In this document: positions 1 through 11,210 of the stretch, piece by piece
How positions within the stretch are numbered: position 1 is the first letter of the stretch
Layout of the letters: the number at the start of each line of letters is the position of its first letter
Source of the DNA: Chiloscyllium plagiosum
Lineage: Eukaryota
NCBI RefSeq assembly: GCF_004010195.1
Contig: NC_057719.1
Location: forward strand, 57,763,023-57,827,022
Direction: 5' to 3'
Length of the DNA: 64,000 nt
The notes under the pieces: model-generated
The model's input: the letters and a program-made list of their open reading frames with translations, nothing else
The model's database searches: none
What the model was told of the DNA's origin: nothing
Program-made: the position numbers and the translations under genes

Positions 1-370
1 CAGTTGCTATCAGAGTAGCCTGAGTTAGTTGCTGCAGTGCCCTTTGTAAATGGTAGACACTACTGCCACTGTGCCTGGTGAAGTGAGTACCAATCCAGTG
101 GGCTGTTTTGTCTTGGATAGTGTTGAGCGACTTAGATAATGGAGCTGCATGAATTCAGCTATGTAACGAGTATTTCATCACAGTTTTAACTTTTAAATAA
201 TAGGCAGGCTTCAGGGAGACAGAAGGTGAGCGACTCATTGAAGAATTCCTAACCTCTGACTGTCATTGTAATTGCATTCATACAGCTGTTCCAGTTCTGT
301 CTTTAGTCAGTGGTAAGCCCAGGATGTTGATAGTGGCAGCTTCCAAGATGATAATGCCATTAACTATCAA
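1..370 (-). mobile_element. Decayed CR1/L2-group LINE 3' fragment
   Basis: Reverse complement resembles the 3' part (about 40400-40800) of the LINE at 36468-41060, e.g. gatagtgttgagc vs gcttgacactatc. Confidence 0.55.
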
Positions 371-394
371 GAAAATTAAATTAAAATAACCCAA

Positions 395-586
395 TAGAAC
401 TGTAGATGCTAAAAATCAGAAACAAGAAAATAAATTGCTGGAAAAATTCAGTAGGTCTGGCAGTATCTGTGGAGAGAAAGCAGAGTTAACGTTTTGGGTC
501 CAGTGAGTCTTCTTCTGAAATGTTAGCTCTGTTTTCACTCCACAGATGCTGCCAGATCTGATCAGTGTTTTCAGCAATTTCTGTTA
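395..586. mobile_element. Fold-back element made of two inverted Penelope-like terminal repeats (family C)
   Basis: aattgctggaaaaattcagtaggtctggcagtatctgtggagagaaagcagagttaac pairs with gttagctctgttttcactccacagatgctgccagatctgatcagtgttttcagcaatt. The same terminus flanks the GIY-YIG-coding element at 50660-51580. Confidence 0.75.
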
Positions 587-949
587 AGAAGGTTAAGTTT
601 TCTCTTCCTGAGGGTGGTCCTTGCTCTGCACTTGTGTGGTGCAAATGTTATTTGTTACTTATTCCAAACAAATTGGTTAAAATGGATTAACCAGTTAAAA
701 ATATTCTATGGTTTTGTGCATTCCCTTAATTCTTAACATTTCATCTGAACGATTATTATACATAACACTATAACTGTTAAAATAAACATAGAATATAATA
801 GTTGTGTAATAACTCCAAAAATAATCCATTAACATCTGGATATCAGAATGTACTTAAGCATTCTGAGTGGGACCCTTTATCAGAAATGACCGAAGAAAGA
901 AAATTCATTACTTGGATTAATCAGAACAAAGAAGGAAAGAACAGATAAA

Positions 950-1860
950 AGTGAAACCAATGTCACAGCTATTCACAATCTATATCCAAGGTTTGGATGT
1001 GGGAATCAAACATTATTTCCACATTTCCTTATGACACAAAACTAGGTGGGAAAGTGAGTTGTGAGGAGGATGCAAAGAGGGGAATTTAGGCTATGTGTGT
1101 AGGCACGACATGACAAATGGAATATGCGCAAAACTATTAAGTTATCCAATTTGGTGGGAAAAACAGAAATGCAGAGTAAACCTTAAATGGTGAGGGATCA
1201 AAAACTGTTTATGTCCAAAGGGACCTGTGTGTTCTTACTCGGAAACAGTTAAAATGCAGGATCAGCAAGCAATTTAAAAGTGAAATGGTATATTGGTCTA
1301 AACTGCAAGAGAGCTTGAGAACAGGAGTAGCAACATTTTTCTTCAATTCTGTACAGCTTTGGTGAGACCACATCTGGTGCATTGTGTAAGGTTCCATCTC
1401 CTCACCCAAAGAGGTAATACTTGCAATTAAGGTTCAACAGACTGATCCCTGCCATAGTGACATTGTCATATGAGGAGAGAAGAGACTTGGCCTACGTTAG
1501 AAGAGTAAGAGCTAATCTTTTTGAAGCATCCACATTTCTCACAAGAGTCATCAGGATCTCTGCAGGAAGTTTGTTTCCTCTTGTTAAGGGGTTATAGAAC
1601 CAGGCCACACCGTCTCAGAATTAGAGAAATGCCTAGGTTTGAGTTGAGGAGAAATTTATTCACTCAGAGGATGACATATCTTGGAAGTGTCTACCCCAGC
1701 AGGTGTGGAGGTGCATTCATTAAATATACTCAAGAAGCTGACAGATTTCAAGGACTGTGAGAACATGGCGATGGGAACAAAGTAGCGTTCAGGTATATCA
1801 ACAATGATGAGTTGACACATCAGCAGATATGATGGGCCAAATAATGTACCCGTGCACCTG
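950..1860 (+). mobile_element. Decayed CR1 (HER1-like) LINE 3' part
   Basis: Remnants of the KFADDTK region (ttatgacacaaaactaggtgg), LVRPHL and RRNLFTQR, similar to the CR1 at 44690-46072. Confidence 0.7.
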
Positions 1861-3074
1861 TTTCCTATGTACCACTATGGATGCAACAAGTAGAGTAACT
1901 ATTATCACAAAGTTACAGGAAACAAGTTTAACAGAAAGCTGCGGAGTGTTACAAAATGTTGGCGATGTGTAAGAGGTCATCTCAAATACATTGAAAAGAC
2001 AGAATAAATATACAATGGCATTCTGGAGGGAGAAGGTGTAATTTGAAATGAGAAAATTAACAGGAAAATTGAGAAGTCAGCAAAGATCCTAAGTTCCTTA
2101 AGTCAACGTTAATTGCCCACGGTTGCAGTCAATAAAGAAGAAAAGTGGTCTTGTTTTTGATATGTATGTTCATTCATGAAAATGAAGATATACTGAAGAA
2201 CTATCTTGGTATTTCAATGTACTATTTTCTTTTTCATTATTTAAAGCCACTAAAGGTTGTGTATTTTGTTGAGACTTTTTATGTTATTGTGACGTGAAAA
2301 CTAAACAAAGTGAGAATATTTTCATATGAAGTTTGATTAAAATATATATTTCTCGAGTGATGGGACAAAGTTTACAAGTTTTACAACTTATTTAATATTA
2401 TTTTGGACTAAACTGGATCTGATTACAAAAGAAAATACAAATGGAGGCTCATTGAAGATTATGTATGAAATATTTATCAACAAAATACTGAACAAAACCT
2501 TGGAAATTCACGTTAAATCCAATTGCGAAGTTTTTCAAGTTGAATTATTTTTATAATATTTAAAGGAATAACAAGCTGTCATTTTTCCCACTCTTCACTG
2601 AAGACTTCCCCACAACTATTTTACGATCTTTGAGAAACTAAATTATTAGCTTGTTTGAAACATTTATACTGTAATTGTCTTAGCACATTAAGTATGTAAA
2701 TTTTACTGACAAATGTAAATACTAATGTGACACCACATTTTGTTTATTCTCTAAGGCACTCAATTGACAGTTGAATAATCTAAAATATGCAAAGAAAACG
2801 GATTATTTTACATCATGTCTAAAATGCCTCAGAGTTATATTTAGTGAAACATATATTTCTTGGACTAATTGAATGTCTGTCATATCTACAAATATGTTAA
2901 GCAGGAGGAGGAAAATAAGTTGATTAACTTCACGCAACAGATGTCACAATGATGCAAATTAAATTCATTGTGGAGTAAAGTTTTTTTTAAAACGGCAACA
3001 TTAAAGAGAGGAAGAGAGGTTTGGGAATACCCACCAGACAGCATTCTCTCTCTCTCTTTCAATCAATAATGTGA

Positions 3075-3606
3075 AGGTGGCAGTGTTAAACTGGGCGGAC
3101 AAAGTTAAAAATCACACAACTGCAGGTTATAATCCAACAGATTTATTTGGAAGCACTAGCTTTTGGACCACTGCTCCTTCATGAGGTAGCTTTGGAAGAG
3201 GATCACAAGACACAGAATTTATAGCCAAATATTACAGTGTCATGTAACTGAAAAGATTTCCAAAGTAGGAATGTATAAAACATTACATGGATTGACTGCC
3301 TGCATTGACGCTGACTGTGATTGTTGTGTAGTGTCCATTTATCCATTCAACAACAGACGAATGGACACTGTGCAACAACAGCCAGACAGGGGTGATCCCT
3401 CCCAGTTGGGGAACACTTCAGCAGTCAGGGACACTTGGCCTCAGATCTTCAGGTGACCATCGTCCAAGGCAGACTTCGGGATACACAACAACGTAGAGTG
3501 GCTGAGCAGAGGCTGATAGTCAAGTTTGGAACCCATGAGGAAGGACTCAACCAGGATCTTGGGTTCATGTCACACTATAGGTGACCCCACTGCACTACAC
3601 AGTCTC

Positions 3607-3638
<32 letters not shown>

Positions 3639-4388
3639 GCACATGCACACATAAACACACACTCTTACACACATACTCATGCAGACCCTTTCTCATACAC
3701 ATGCTCTCTCTCATACACACACACATTACACCCCCCACACTCGTACCCACACACATACCCTCTCACAGATGTATACTCCATCACACTCACACACACACTT
3801 TACCAAGAATATACACATGCAAACACACTCTCTCCCGTGCACTCACACTCACTTGGACACACTCACACTCTCTCATAGGAGCACACACACATATAAGTTT
3901 ATGGGGGTGAATTTGCATTTGCAGAATTATATTTGCAGATACATTCTACTTTGCTCACAAAGCTCACAATTTGCAGGCAGTCAATGCAGGCATAAAATTG
4001 TAATATTTTATAAATTCCTACTTTGTAAGCAGAACCTGTCTGACTCAAGATTGAGATACGGATAGACTCTAACCTCACACTTTTAATGCTGTCTGAGCTG
4101 AGATGTCACCTTTTTTTAAATAAAACCTTAAGTTATCTCGAGAATGTGACTTAAAAGAAGTTCTGGGATTTACATATTAATGAACTGAAACCTGCAACCG
4201 ATTCTAAAAGATGAAAGACTAAACAACAATCTAGATTTGTTCAATATATCATTTCAGTTGCATGACGCTGCAAACTTTGCTATAAATTCTGTGTCTTATG
4301 ATCCTCTTCCAAAGCTACCTGATGAAGGAACAGTGTTCTGGAAGCTAGTGCTTCCAAATAAACCTGGTGTTGTGAGATTTTTAACTCT
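3075..4388 (+). mobile_element. Penelope-like element (family B) with inverted 5' terminal copy
   Basis: 3351-3584 translates to ...SLPVGEHFSSQGH...QQRRVAEQRLIVKFGTHEEGLNQDLGFMSHYR*, the C-terminal part of a GIY-YIG endonuclease. A CA-rich UTR follows, and 3100-3255 is the reverse complement of 4250-4388. Confidence 0.8.
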
Positions 4389-4459
4389 CTCAATCTAGGG
4401 GAGGTCACTGATGCTTCGCCAGTTTCTGCGCCTCCAGTTGTAACCCAGCACCAGAACCC

Positions 4460-5490
4460 AGGGAGAGGGGGGAGGATAGGGATCAGGCGTGGGGAGGGGA
4501 AAAGACCGGGAGAGATGAAAGGAAGAGAGGGAGAAATCAGAGGAGAGAGGAGGAGTGGAGGGAACGAGAGAGGGGAATGAAGAAGAAGGGAGGAGACTGG
4601 GATAAAAGGAGGGGGAAGGAAAAAGGGCGAGGAAGGCAGAAGCTGAGAGTGGAAGTAGGTGAAGCTGNNNNNNNNNNNNNNNNNNNNNNNNNNNNNNNNN
4701 NNNNNNNNNNNNNNNNNNNNNNNNNNNNNNNNNNNNNNNNNNNNNNNNNNNNNNNNNNNNNNNNNNNNNNNNNNNNNNNNNNNNNNNNNNNNNNNNNNNN
4801 NNNNNNNNNNNNNNNNNNNNNNNNNNNNNNNNNNNNNNNNNNNNNNNNNNAGGGGTGTGAGTGAGAAGAGAAGTGATTCAGGGACTGGCTGAGAGGCAAA
4901 TGGATGGAAGAATGGGTTGGAGGAGGAGAAGAAGGGAAATGGTTGGGAGGGGGAAGGGGAATGGGTGGGAAGGGGACAAAAAATAAGTAGGTTGGAATGT
5001 TGGAGGTGGAGAGTAGTTGAGATTGGGAGATATGGAAACAGGGAGGTAAAGATGAGTGGGGAGAGCAGCAGGTTAGGGAATGAGAGTAGCTTGGAGTAGG
5101 GGGAACAGAAGCAATGGGGAATGGTGTGGAGTGGGAAGAGGGTAAAGGAAATGAGACTTGGCATGGAGGTTGTGGGGGAGTTGCTGGGAGAAGGAGCAGA
5201 GTGCAGTACAGGCAGGGGAAATAGGAGTGGGTTACTGTGGAGTGGAGTAGGAAGAGGAATGGCAGTAGGTATGAAGTAGAAAAAAGGAAAGAGGAGTGAG
5301 AGAGGATGCGAGTGAAGGAGAGTGGGTGGGAGGCAGAGGGGAAAGGATAATGGTAAGCTAAATGTGGGAACTGGTTGGGGACAGTGGGAGTGTGACAACT
5401 TGGGGGAGAGAGGGGTCAGAATGGAAAGGGAGGATTTGGGGAAGGACAGGATAGGGAGAGAGGAAATGGTTGAGAACACAGAAATCATGG
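4460..5490 (+). repeat. Purine-rich (G/A) low-complexity tract spanning an assembly gap
   Basis: The + strand is almost all G/A with many GGG/GGGG runs; N run at 4668-4850. Confidence 0.85.
4668..4850. other. Assembly gap (N run)
   Basis: Run of N. Confidence 1.
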
Positions 5491-5934
5491 AAAATTCAGT
5501 GGGAGCACGGGAGATATGGGCAAAGCAAGTGACCCGCTATGTGTGTGAGGCAGCCTTTTATTGCAGTAGTAACATATAGGTGTGTAGTGATACAATCTGC
5601 TTCATTAAACATACAGGAAAAGGGAAGGAATCACTTTCTCCATTAACTAACCTTTGTGGTGAATAACTAGTATTGTCAGTATAACTACATTACTATTTTA
5701 AACTCCAATTATTCATTAAATGCTATAAAATCTTCAATTTTCATTAGTGTTGCATTACCATATTTAAAAGTATAAACCAGGTCATCAAATTAGATGAGGC
5801 CATTCGGCCAAAAGGACCTCTTTCTGAGTACATTAGGCGTTGCAGTTTGATTACTGGTTTTGGATGCAGATCAAAGTGAAAGTGTGAATATCACTCAGAA
5901 CTAAGCCATGAAACTGGACCACCTCCAGTACAAT

Positions 5935-6120
5935 ATTTTGTGTCCAGGTAGCCTTTTGGACCTGTCTGATTATTATATTGGTGTCAGTGGGAGATTGCTG
6001 TTGAAAATTGCTACTTCTGCTACATTAAAATGGTGGCTGCACTTCAGAAGCGTGTCATTGGCTGCAAATGCTTTGGGGCATCACATGGTTGTGGAAAGTG
6101 TATAAATGCAAATTGTTTTC
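5935..6120 (+). mobile_element. Deu-domain SINE (SacSINE1/AmnSINE-like) 3' fragment
   Basis: gtgggagattgctg...cacttcagaagcgtgtcattggctgcaaatgctttgggg...tataaatgcaa resembles the Deu domain plus the L2-derived tail. Confidence 0.55.
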
Positions 6121-6445
6121 TTCAGGAACTACACAAAAGTAGTTTTATTTATGAGAAATGAGTGTGCTCTCATAACATTAAAAGAATAATCACTTGAATA
6201 CGGTTTTGTCAGGAACTGTTGTCAGTGTATTTTCAATATTGATGCAGTTGTTAATATATTTTAAGTGAGCTTACCAGAGAGTTGCAAAGTGAACAAAGTC
6301 CAGTATTTATGGTTGCAGATATAGAGCCAGTTCCACAAAGGAAAATGATAAATTCACTGCAAGCATAGATTTAAAAATGGCAATGCAATTTATGAGGCTA
6401 AACAATGAACCAGCTAAGAACTTTTAAAACATGCCTTGACACTGT

Positions 6446-7423
6446 GCTGAAAATGTGCTGGAAAAACGCAGCAGGTCAGGCAGCATCCAAGGAGCAGGAG
6501 AATCGACATTTCGGGCATGAGCCCTTCTTCAGGAATGAGGAAAGTGCGCCAAGCAGGCTAAGATAAAAGGTAGGGAGAAGGGACTTGGGGGAGGGGCGTT
6601 GGAAATGCATAGGTGGAAGGAGGTTAAGGTGAGGGTGATAGGCCGGAGTGGGGGTGGAGGCAGAGAGGTCAGGAAGAAGATTGCAGGTTAGGAAGGTGGT
6701 GCTGAGTTCGAGGGTTGAGACTGAGACAAGGTGGGGGGAGGGGAAATTAGGAAACTGGANNNNNNNNNNNNNNNNNNNNNNNNNNNNNNNNNNNNNNNNN
6801 NNNNNNNNNNNNNNNNNNNNNNNNNNNNNNNNNNNNNNNNNNNNNNNNNNNNNNNNNNNNNNNNNNNNNNNNNNNNNNNNNNNNNNNNNNNNNNNNNNNN
6901 NNNNNNNNNNNNNNNNNNNNNNNNNNNNNNNNNNNNNNNNNNNNNNNNNNNNNNNNNNNNNNNNNNNNNNNNNNNNNNNNNNNNNNNNNNNNNNNNNNNN
7001 NNNNNNNNNNNNNNNNNNNNNNNNNNNNNNNNNNNNNNNNNNNNNNNNNNNNNNNNNNNNNNNNNNNNNNNNNNNNNNNNNNNNNNNNNNNNNNNNNNNN
7101 NNNNNNNNNNNNNNNNNNNNNNNNNNNNNNNNNNNNNNNNNNNNNNNNNNNNNNNNNNNNNNNNNNNNNNNNNNNNNNNNNNNNNNNNNNNNNNNNNNNN
7201 NNNNNNNNNNNNNNNNNNNNNNNNNNTTCCAACGCCCCTCCCCCAAGTCCCTCCTCCCTACCTTTTATCTTAGCCTGCTTGGCACACTTTCCTCATTCCT
7301 GAAGAAGGGCTCATGCCCGAAACGTCGATTCTCCTGCTCCTTGGATGCTGCCTGACCTGCTGCGCTTTTCCAGCAACACATTTTCAGCTCTGATCTCCAG
7401 CATCTGCAGTTCTCACTTTCTCT
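6446..7423. mobile_element. Young Penelope-like insertion (family A) with inverted termini and 14-bp TSD
   Basis: 6446-6604 is a near-perfect reverse complement of 7227-7388. The direct repeat TTGACACTGTGCTG lies at 6436-6449 and 7424-7437. The centre is an N gap. Confidence 0.8.
6760..7226. other. Assembly gap (N run)
   Basis: Run of N. Confidence 1.
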
Positions 7424-9549
7424 TTGACACTGTGCTGTACATTCTAACTGAACTGCTTCCGATCTCCTCCTTTTCCTACACTAGAGACTACCTCCTGACT
7501 CAAATGAAATGTGTCCAAAACTGCATTTCATTATTGTGAAAGTATTTATGTAATGGCATTTAATATCAATTGTTAAATATTGGCAGCATAAATGTCATCT
7601 TTTAAATTGAAGAAAGTATTTCACCATGTTTGATCACACAGTGGCCAGAATTCCAGTGGTTTTGCACATCAGAATAATCAGAATAGTCCAATCCATTGAA
7701 ACAAAAACTATGGAAAATGCATGAAGAGATAGAGTCTAATAAACTTAAACACTCATTAATAATAATAATTATTAATAATAATAATACTGAAAACCATATC
7801 ACAATACAGTACACATAAAATGGTATATACTTAAGCAGGATTCCTAGCAGGGCTCCATTCTTGCTTAAGGCCTTTGGGCAAAGATCCAATGTGCCAGCCC
7901 TGTTTTTCAATATCCTCCAACTAATTGAATTTTCTTGTTAATTTTCTAACGTTTGATATTTTCAACTTATGTAATACTTGTTTCTGAGTCAAGGGTACAA
8001 TCAGTTTTTGTACTTTTAAACATTTTTTGCAATAACTTGTGACCATATTGTTTTCCCTGCATGTGTGTAGTTACCAGTTCTGATTTCTGTCCAGGGGCTT
8101 GGATGTGGTGTTTGGGACAATCAATATCCTTACTGTCTGAGGAGTGGGCAACGGACAGTCCTGCAGATCCAGTGAAACCAGTCAGGCAGGTAGCAGTACA
8201 TCAGTTTGGGGCCTGGTCAGTCATCTGTCTGCCGTGTGTTTCCAAGTTAAGAAGGGGTTAGCAGGGGCCAATGCTGTAGTAGGAAAGTTGGAGAAGTCAG
8301 TTGTAGAGAATGCAGGCAGCATGCTGGAATACAAACAGGATAATAATCGTGAAGGGCAACTCAACATTTAAAGATGGGAATTTGTACCAGATGAAGAACG
8401 CATGGAGGACTGTGAGAGGGGGAATCAATGTCACCACCACGCTGAGGTGAAGTACATTTTGTTGTTTGGCATAACTAAGCTACAGGCCTGGAACTAGGTG
8501 GAGAAATGAAGAGTTAAATAAAAGAGTTGGATGGGAATTTATGGACCACAAACCTGATGGCGTTAACAGGATGGCAAGACAGAAAGGAACATGATGCCTT
8601 GCAAGTCATCTAGATTTATAGCTTTATCCTGCAATTCATTCCAAGCAGTGTTATCTGTTTTGCCTTCCAATCTCATTCAATTTGCATGTGTGCAATTGAA
8701 ATAAAAACTGGATGCCACCATGCAGGTAAGTGCTGTACTTGCAAGTGAGGCCCTTTACTGATAACAGCATTAAACAGGCATACAAGCTCATGAAATAGGA
8801 CAAGAAGTAGATCATTCCCCAGTTCAAACCCTTGTAGATCTCACCTTGTCACATCCTACTATGGGTCCTCTTCTGTATGGCCTAAGCAGGTGCCTGGTCT
8901 CCAGCTTTTGTAAGTGTGCCAGCAACTTAAGGCATTTTTCCCTTGTCAGTGATGGAGAAGCAGCAATGATGTGCTTACCAGAATGTGGTCCCACCTCTAA
9001 TCTAGGAAAATTACCCTAAAGTGTCAGTATGTGAGCTGATGGAGGTGCTTCCGCTCAGGGATTTGTAACTTCTCCCTCAGAGATGGAAGAAATGATTGGT
9101 TTGGGGGGGTCTTCACCCTTCAGAGCAGAGACTATGCAGATGCCACTGTTGCTTGCAGAAAACAAGAGAGGGGAGAAATAGTGAAGTGGGCATGTTAAGA
9201 ATACATTCCAAGTGGTGGTAATGTTGTAGTATGGAGACAAATGTAAGGCTGTCCACTACACATCAGCTCATTCAGGTAATTATGGGCCATTTTCTCCTGT
9301 ACTGAGGCAAAGGGAGAGATTGATTGAGATGAAAGTGGCTGGCACAGTGATTAGTGCTGGTGCATGTAAATGAAGCTAGTGAGGTGTCCTGGGTGTGTAA
9401 GAAGTGCAAAGGACTGGAGGGTTAGTAAAGGTGGGGGATGAAGTAAATAAGAATGGGTGAGGAAAGATGCAGCATGCAATAGTGAAAATAGTAGACCATA
9501 AGTTTTGGTGAGAAGTGTGTGAAATAGCAAAGCTTCAGTGAGTGGAGAC

Positions 9550-9760
9550 AAAGTGACACTTAGCTTTGCATTGTTTTTGCATTCCTCTGGACCATGGAGA
9601 CCACATTGGTCTGGTTGGCTTCCTAGGAACTGGCTGACAGGGTCTGGTGCCATAGTCTCCTCTAGTAGGCCTAAGGAAAGAAGACAGCCCTCTTATCTGA
9701 CCACCATCCTACAGGACTTACTAGTTGCTATTAGCATATTAGGGTGCCAACATGTCTCTG
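9550..9760 (-). pseudogene. Fossil Myb/SANT-like DNA-binding domain, possibly from a Harbinger transposon
   Basis: Minus-strand translation with stops and frameshifts (AP*YANSN**VL*D / DKRAVFFP / TLSA..*E / VVSMVQRNAK-QCK) follows the APRF...DLE.LL..V..RR.VLFP...AW.E.....RT..QC.K pattern. Confidence 0.4.
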
Positions 9761-10109
9761 TTAGTCATCTCCAGGGCAATTCTTCCCACAATACAACTGT
9801 GAAAGGTTACTCCTGGTTCACAGCCATTGTCAATTTGCACAGCTGGGATTTAAATATGGCTTTGGCAATGGGGAACTCAGTACGTCCTGGCAGAAGTGAA
9901 CATTTCCATCACTGGTGAGCAGACAATGGTGAAAAAGTGTCGAATTTGATCCATGAGGTAAGCAGTGTAAAATTGTGTATGAAAACTTGCTGATGCTCTG
10001 GGAGAGGAACTCTCAGTGAAACTCCCTGAAACTGACATAGCTGATTTCTGGACAAGTTCTGCCAAGAATCTTTAATCTTCAGACGTTACACACATTATCT
10101 GGCAATAAC

Positions 10110-10350
10110 ACAGACTGCAGAACTGACTGAGCATTGCTTCATAGAAGTGTTCCCTTTAAGTTCAATTCTTAAATTACACCTATTCCCATTTATTTCAGAT
10201 AGATAGCAAAGTTATTGTGCCATTTCTTGAAAGGATGGCATCAAATCTTCCTCAACTTCTCATCAACAATCATCCCTCAAACAACATCATCAATGATAGA
10301 TTAATCAGCGACTATTCTTGCTCCCAGTTGTGGGATTTTGTTGTTTGTGC
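10110..10350 (+). mobile_element. Degenerate Deu-domain SINE
   Basis: atccctcaaacaacatcatc...gattaatc...ttgtgggattttgttgt resembles the Deu central domain. Confidence 0.45.
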
Positions 10351-11034
10351 AGCAGATGGTCCCAGATCTTCCAGGACCATCCCTTAATTTTGAAATCACC
10401 CCCACTTCCCAGATCAGGATTTTTTTGTAATGTGTTCTGTCTCAGATTTGTTTTTCTGCACATGCCTTGTGTTCAGGGCTGACCCACATGCTTGCAGAAA
10501 GGATCCAAACATCAGAAGCAGTTTGCACAAATTCCCTTCCTCCCCACCCTGCAACTCTGTGTGGTGACTTCAGGAGCAAACCCCCACCTGTTTTAAGACC
10601 TGATCAGATTATCTCCCTAATCTTAAGAGTCTGCCAACAATCCCAAAAACCCCACTCCAGGTTCAAGACTTCACCAGCAAATACATCACTCTCTATCCTG
10701 TCTCCAGGCTCCACCAGCAATTCCATCACTCCACCTATCACCTCCTCCAGAAACCCTTCTCTGGCAGCTACTCCCACGAATCTCATGACCCTGCCAGGGA
10801 CCCTCTTTCCATTCCCCACTAGTCTCACAACCCTGTCAGGAGTCACCCTACCCCCACCATCTCATTCTACGCCAGCATCTCAGACAGTGTCCTCTGTTGT
10901 TTTCCCAAACACCACTGGTCAACCTACTCATCATGTGCAAAATGTTTGCCAGGTTTTCCTAGAAAGAAAAGAAATGCCTATATTGGAACACTAAATTATT
11001 TGCTTTGACAATTTTTTTTTAAAAGGTTGCTGCA

Positions 11035-11210
11035 GGGCTACCACACCATAGGGCTGCTCCCTCATTAGGGAGCGGTTACTGCTGGTTTTTTAACCTAAGG
11101 GTCACCAGATCTCAGGTGAGGGGCAAGGTTGTGAAGCAAAGTTCTTCATGATAACCTCAGCTGAACCCATGCTATTAGGATCTCCCTGCTTCAACTGAGC
11201 TAACCAAACT
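11035..11210 (-). mobile_element. tRNA-derived SINE
   Basis: The reverse complement begins ggttagctcagttg (A-box-like) ... gggttca, followed by a tggtgacccttaggttaaa body. Confidence 0.55.

Noticed and set aside
3581..4065. His/Thr-rich ORFs (also 16454, 17080, 63579)
   Set aside because: Translations of CA-rich Penelope UTR sequence.
4280..5488. 402-aa minus-strand ORF and overlapping ORFs
   Set aside because: P/S/L/F-rich translation of a polypurine tract that reads through an N gap; no domain signal.
6476..7355. Long ORFs on both strands
   Set aside because: Length is an artefact of the N run; the flanks are Penelope terminal repeats.
10467..10994. 175-aa S/P/T-rich ORF
   Set aside because: Arises from a C-rich low-complexity tract with a non-ATG start; no recognisable homology or splice context.
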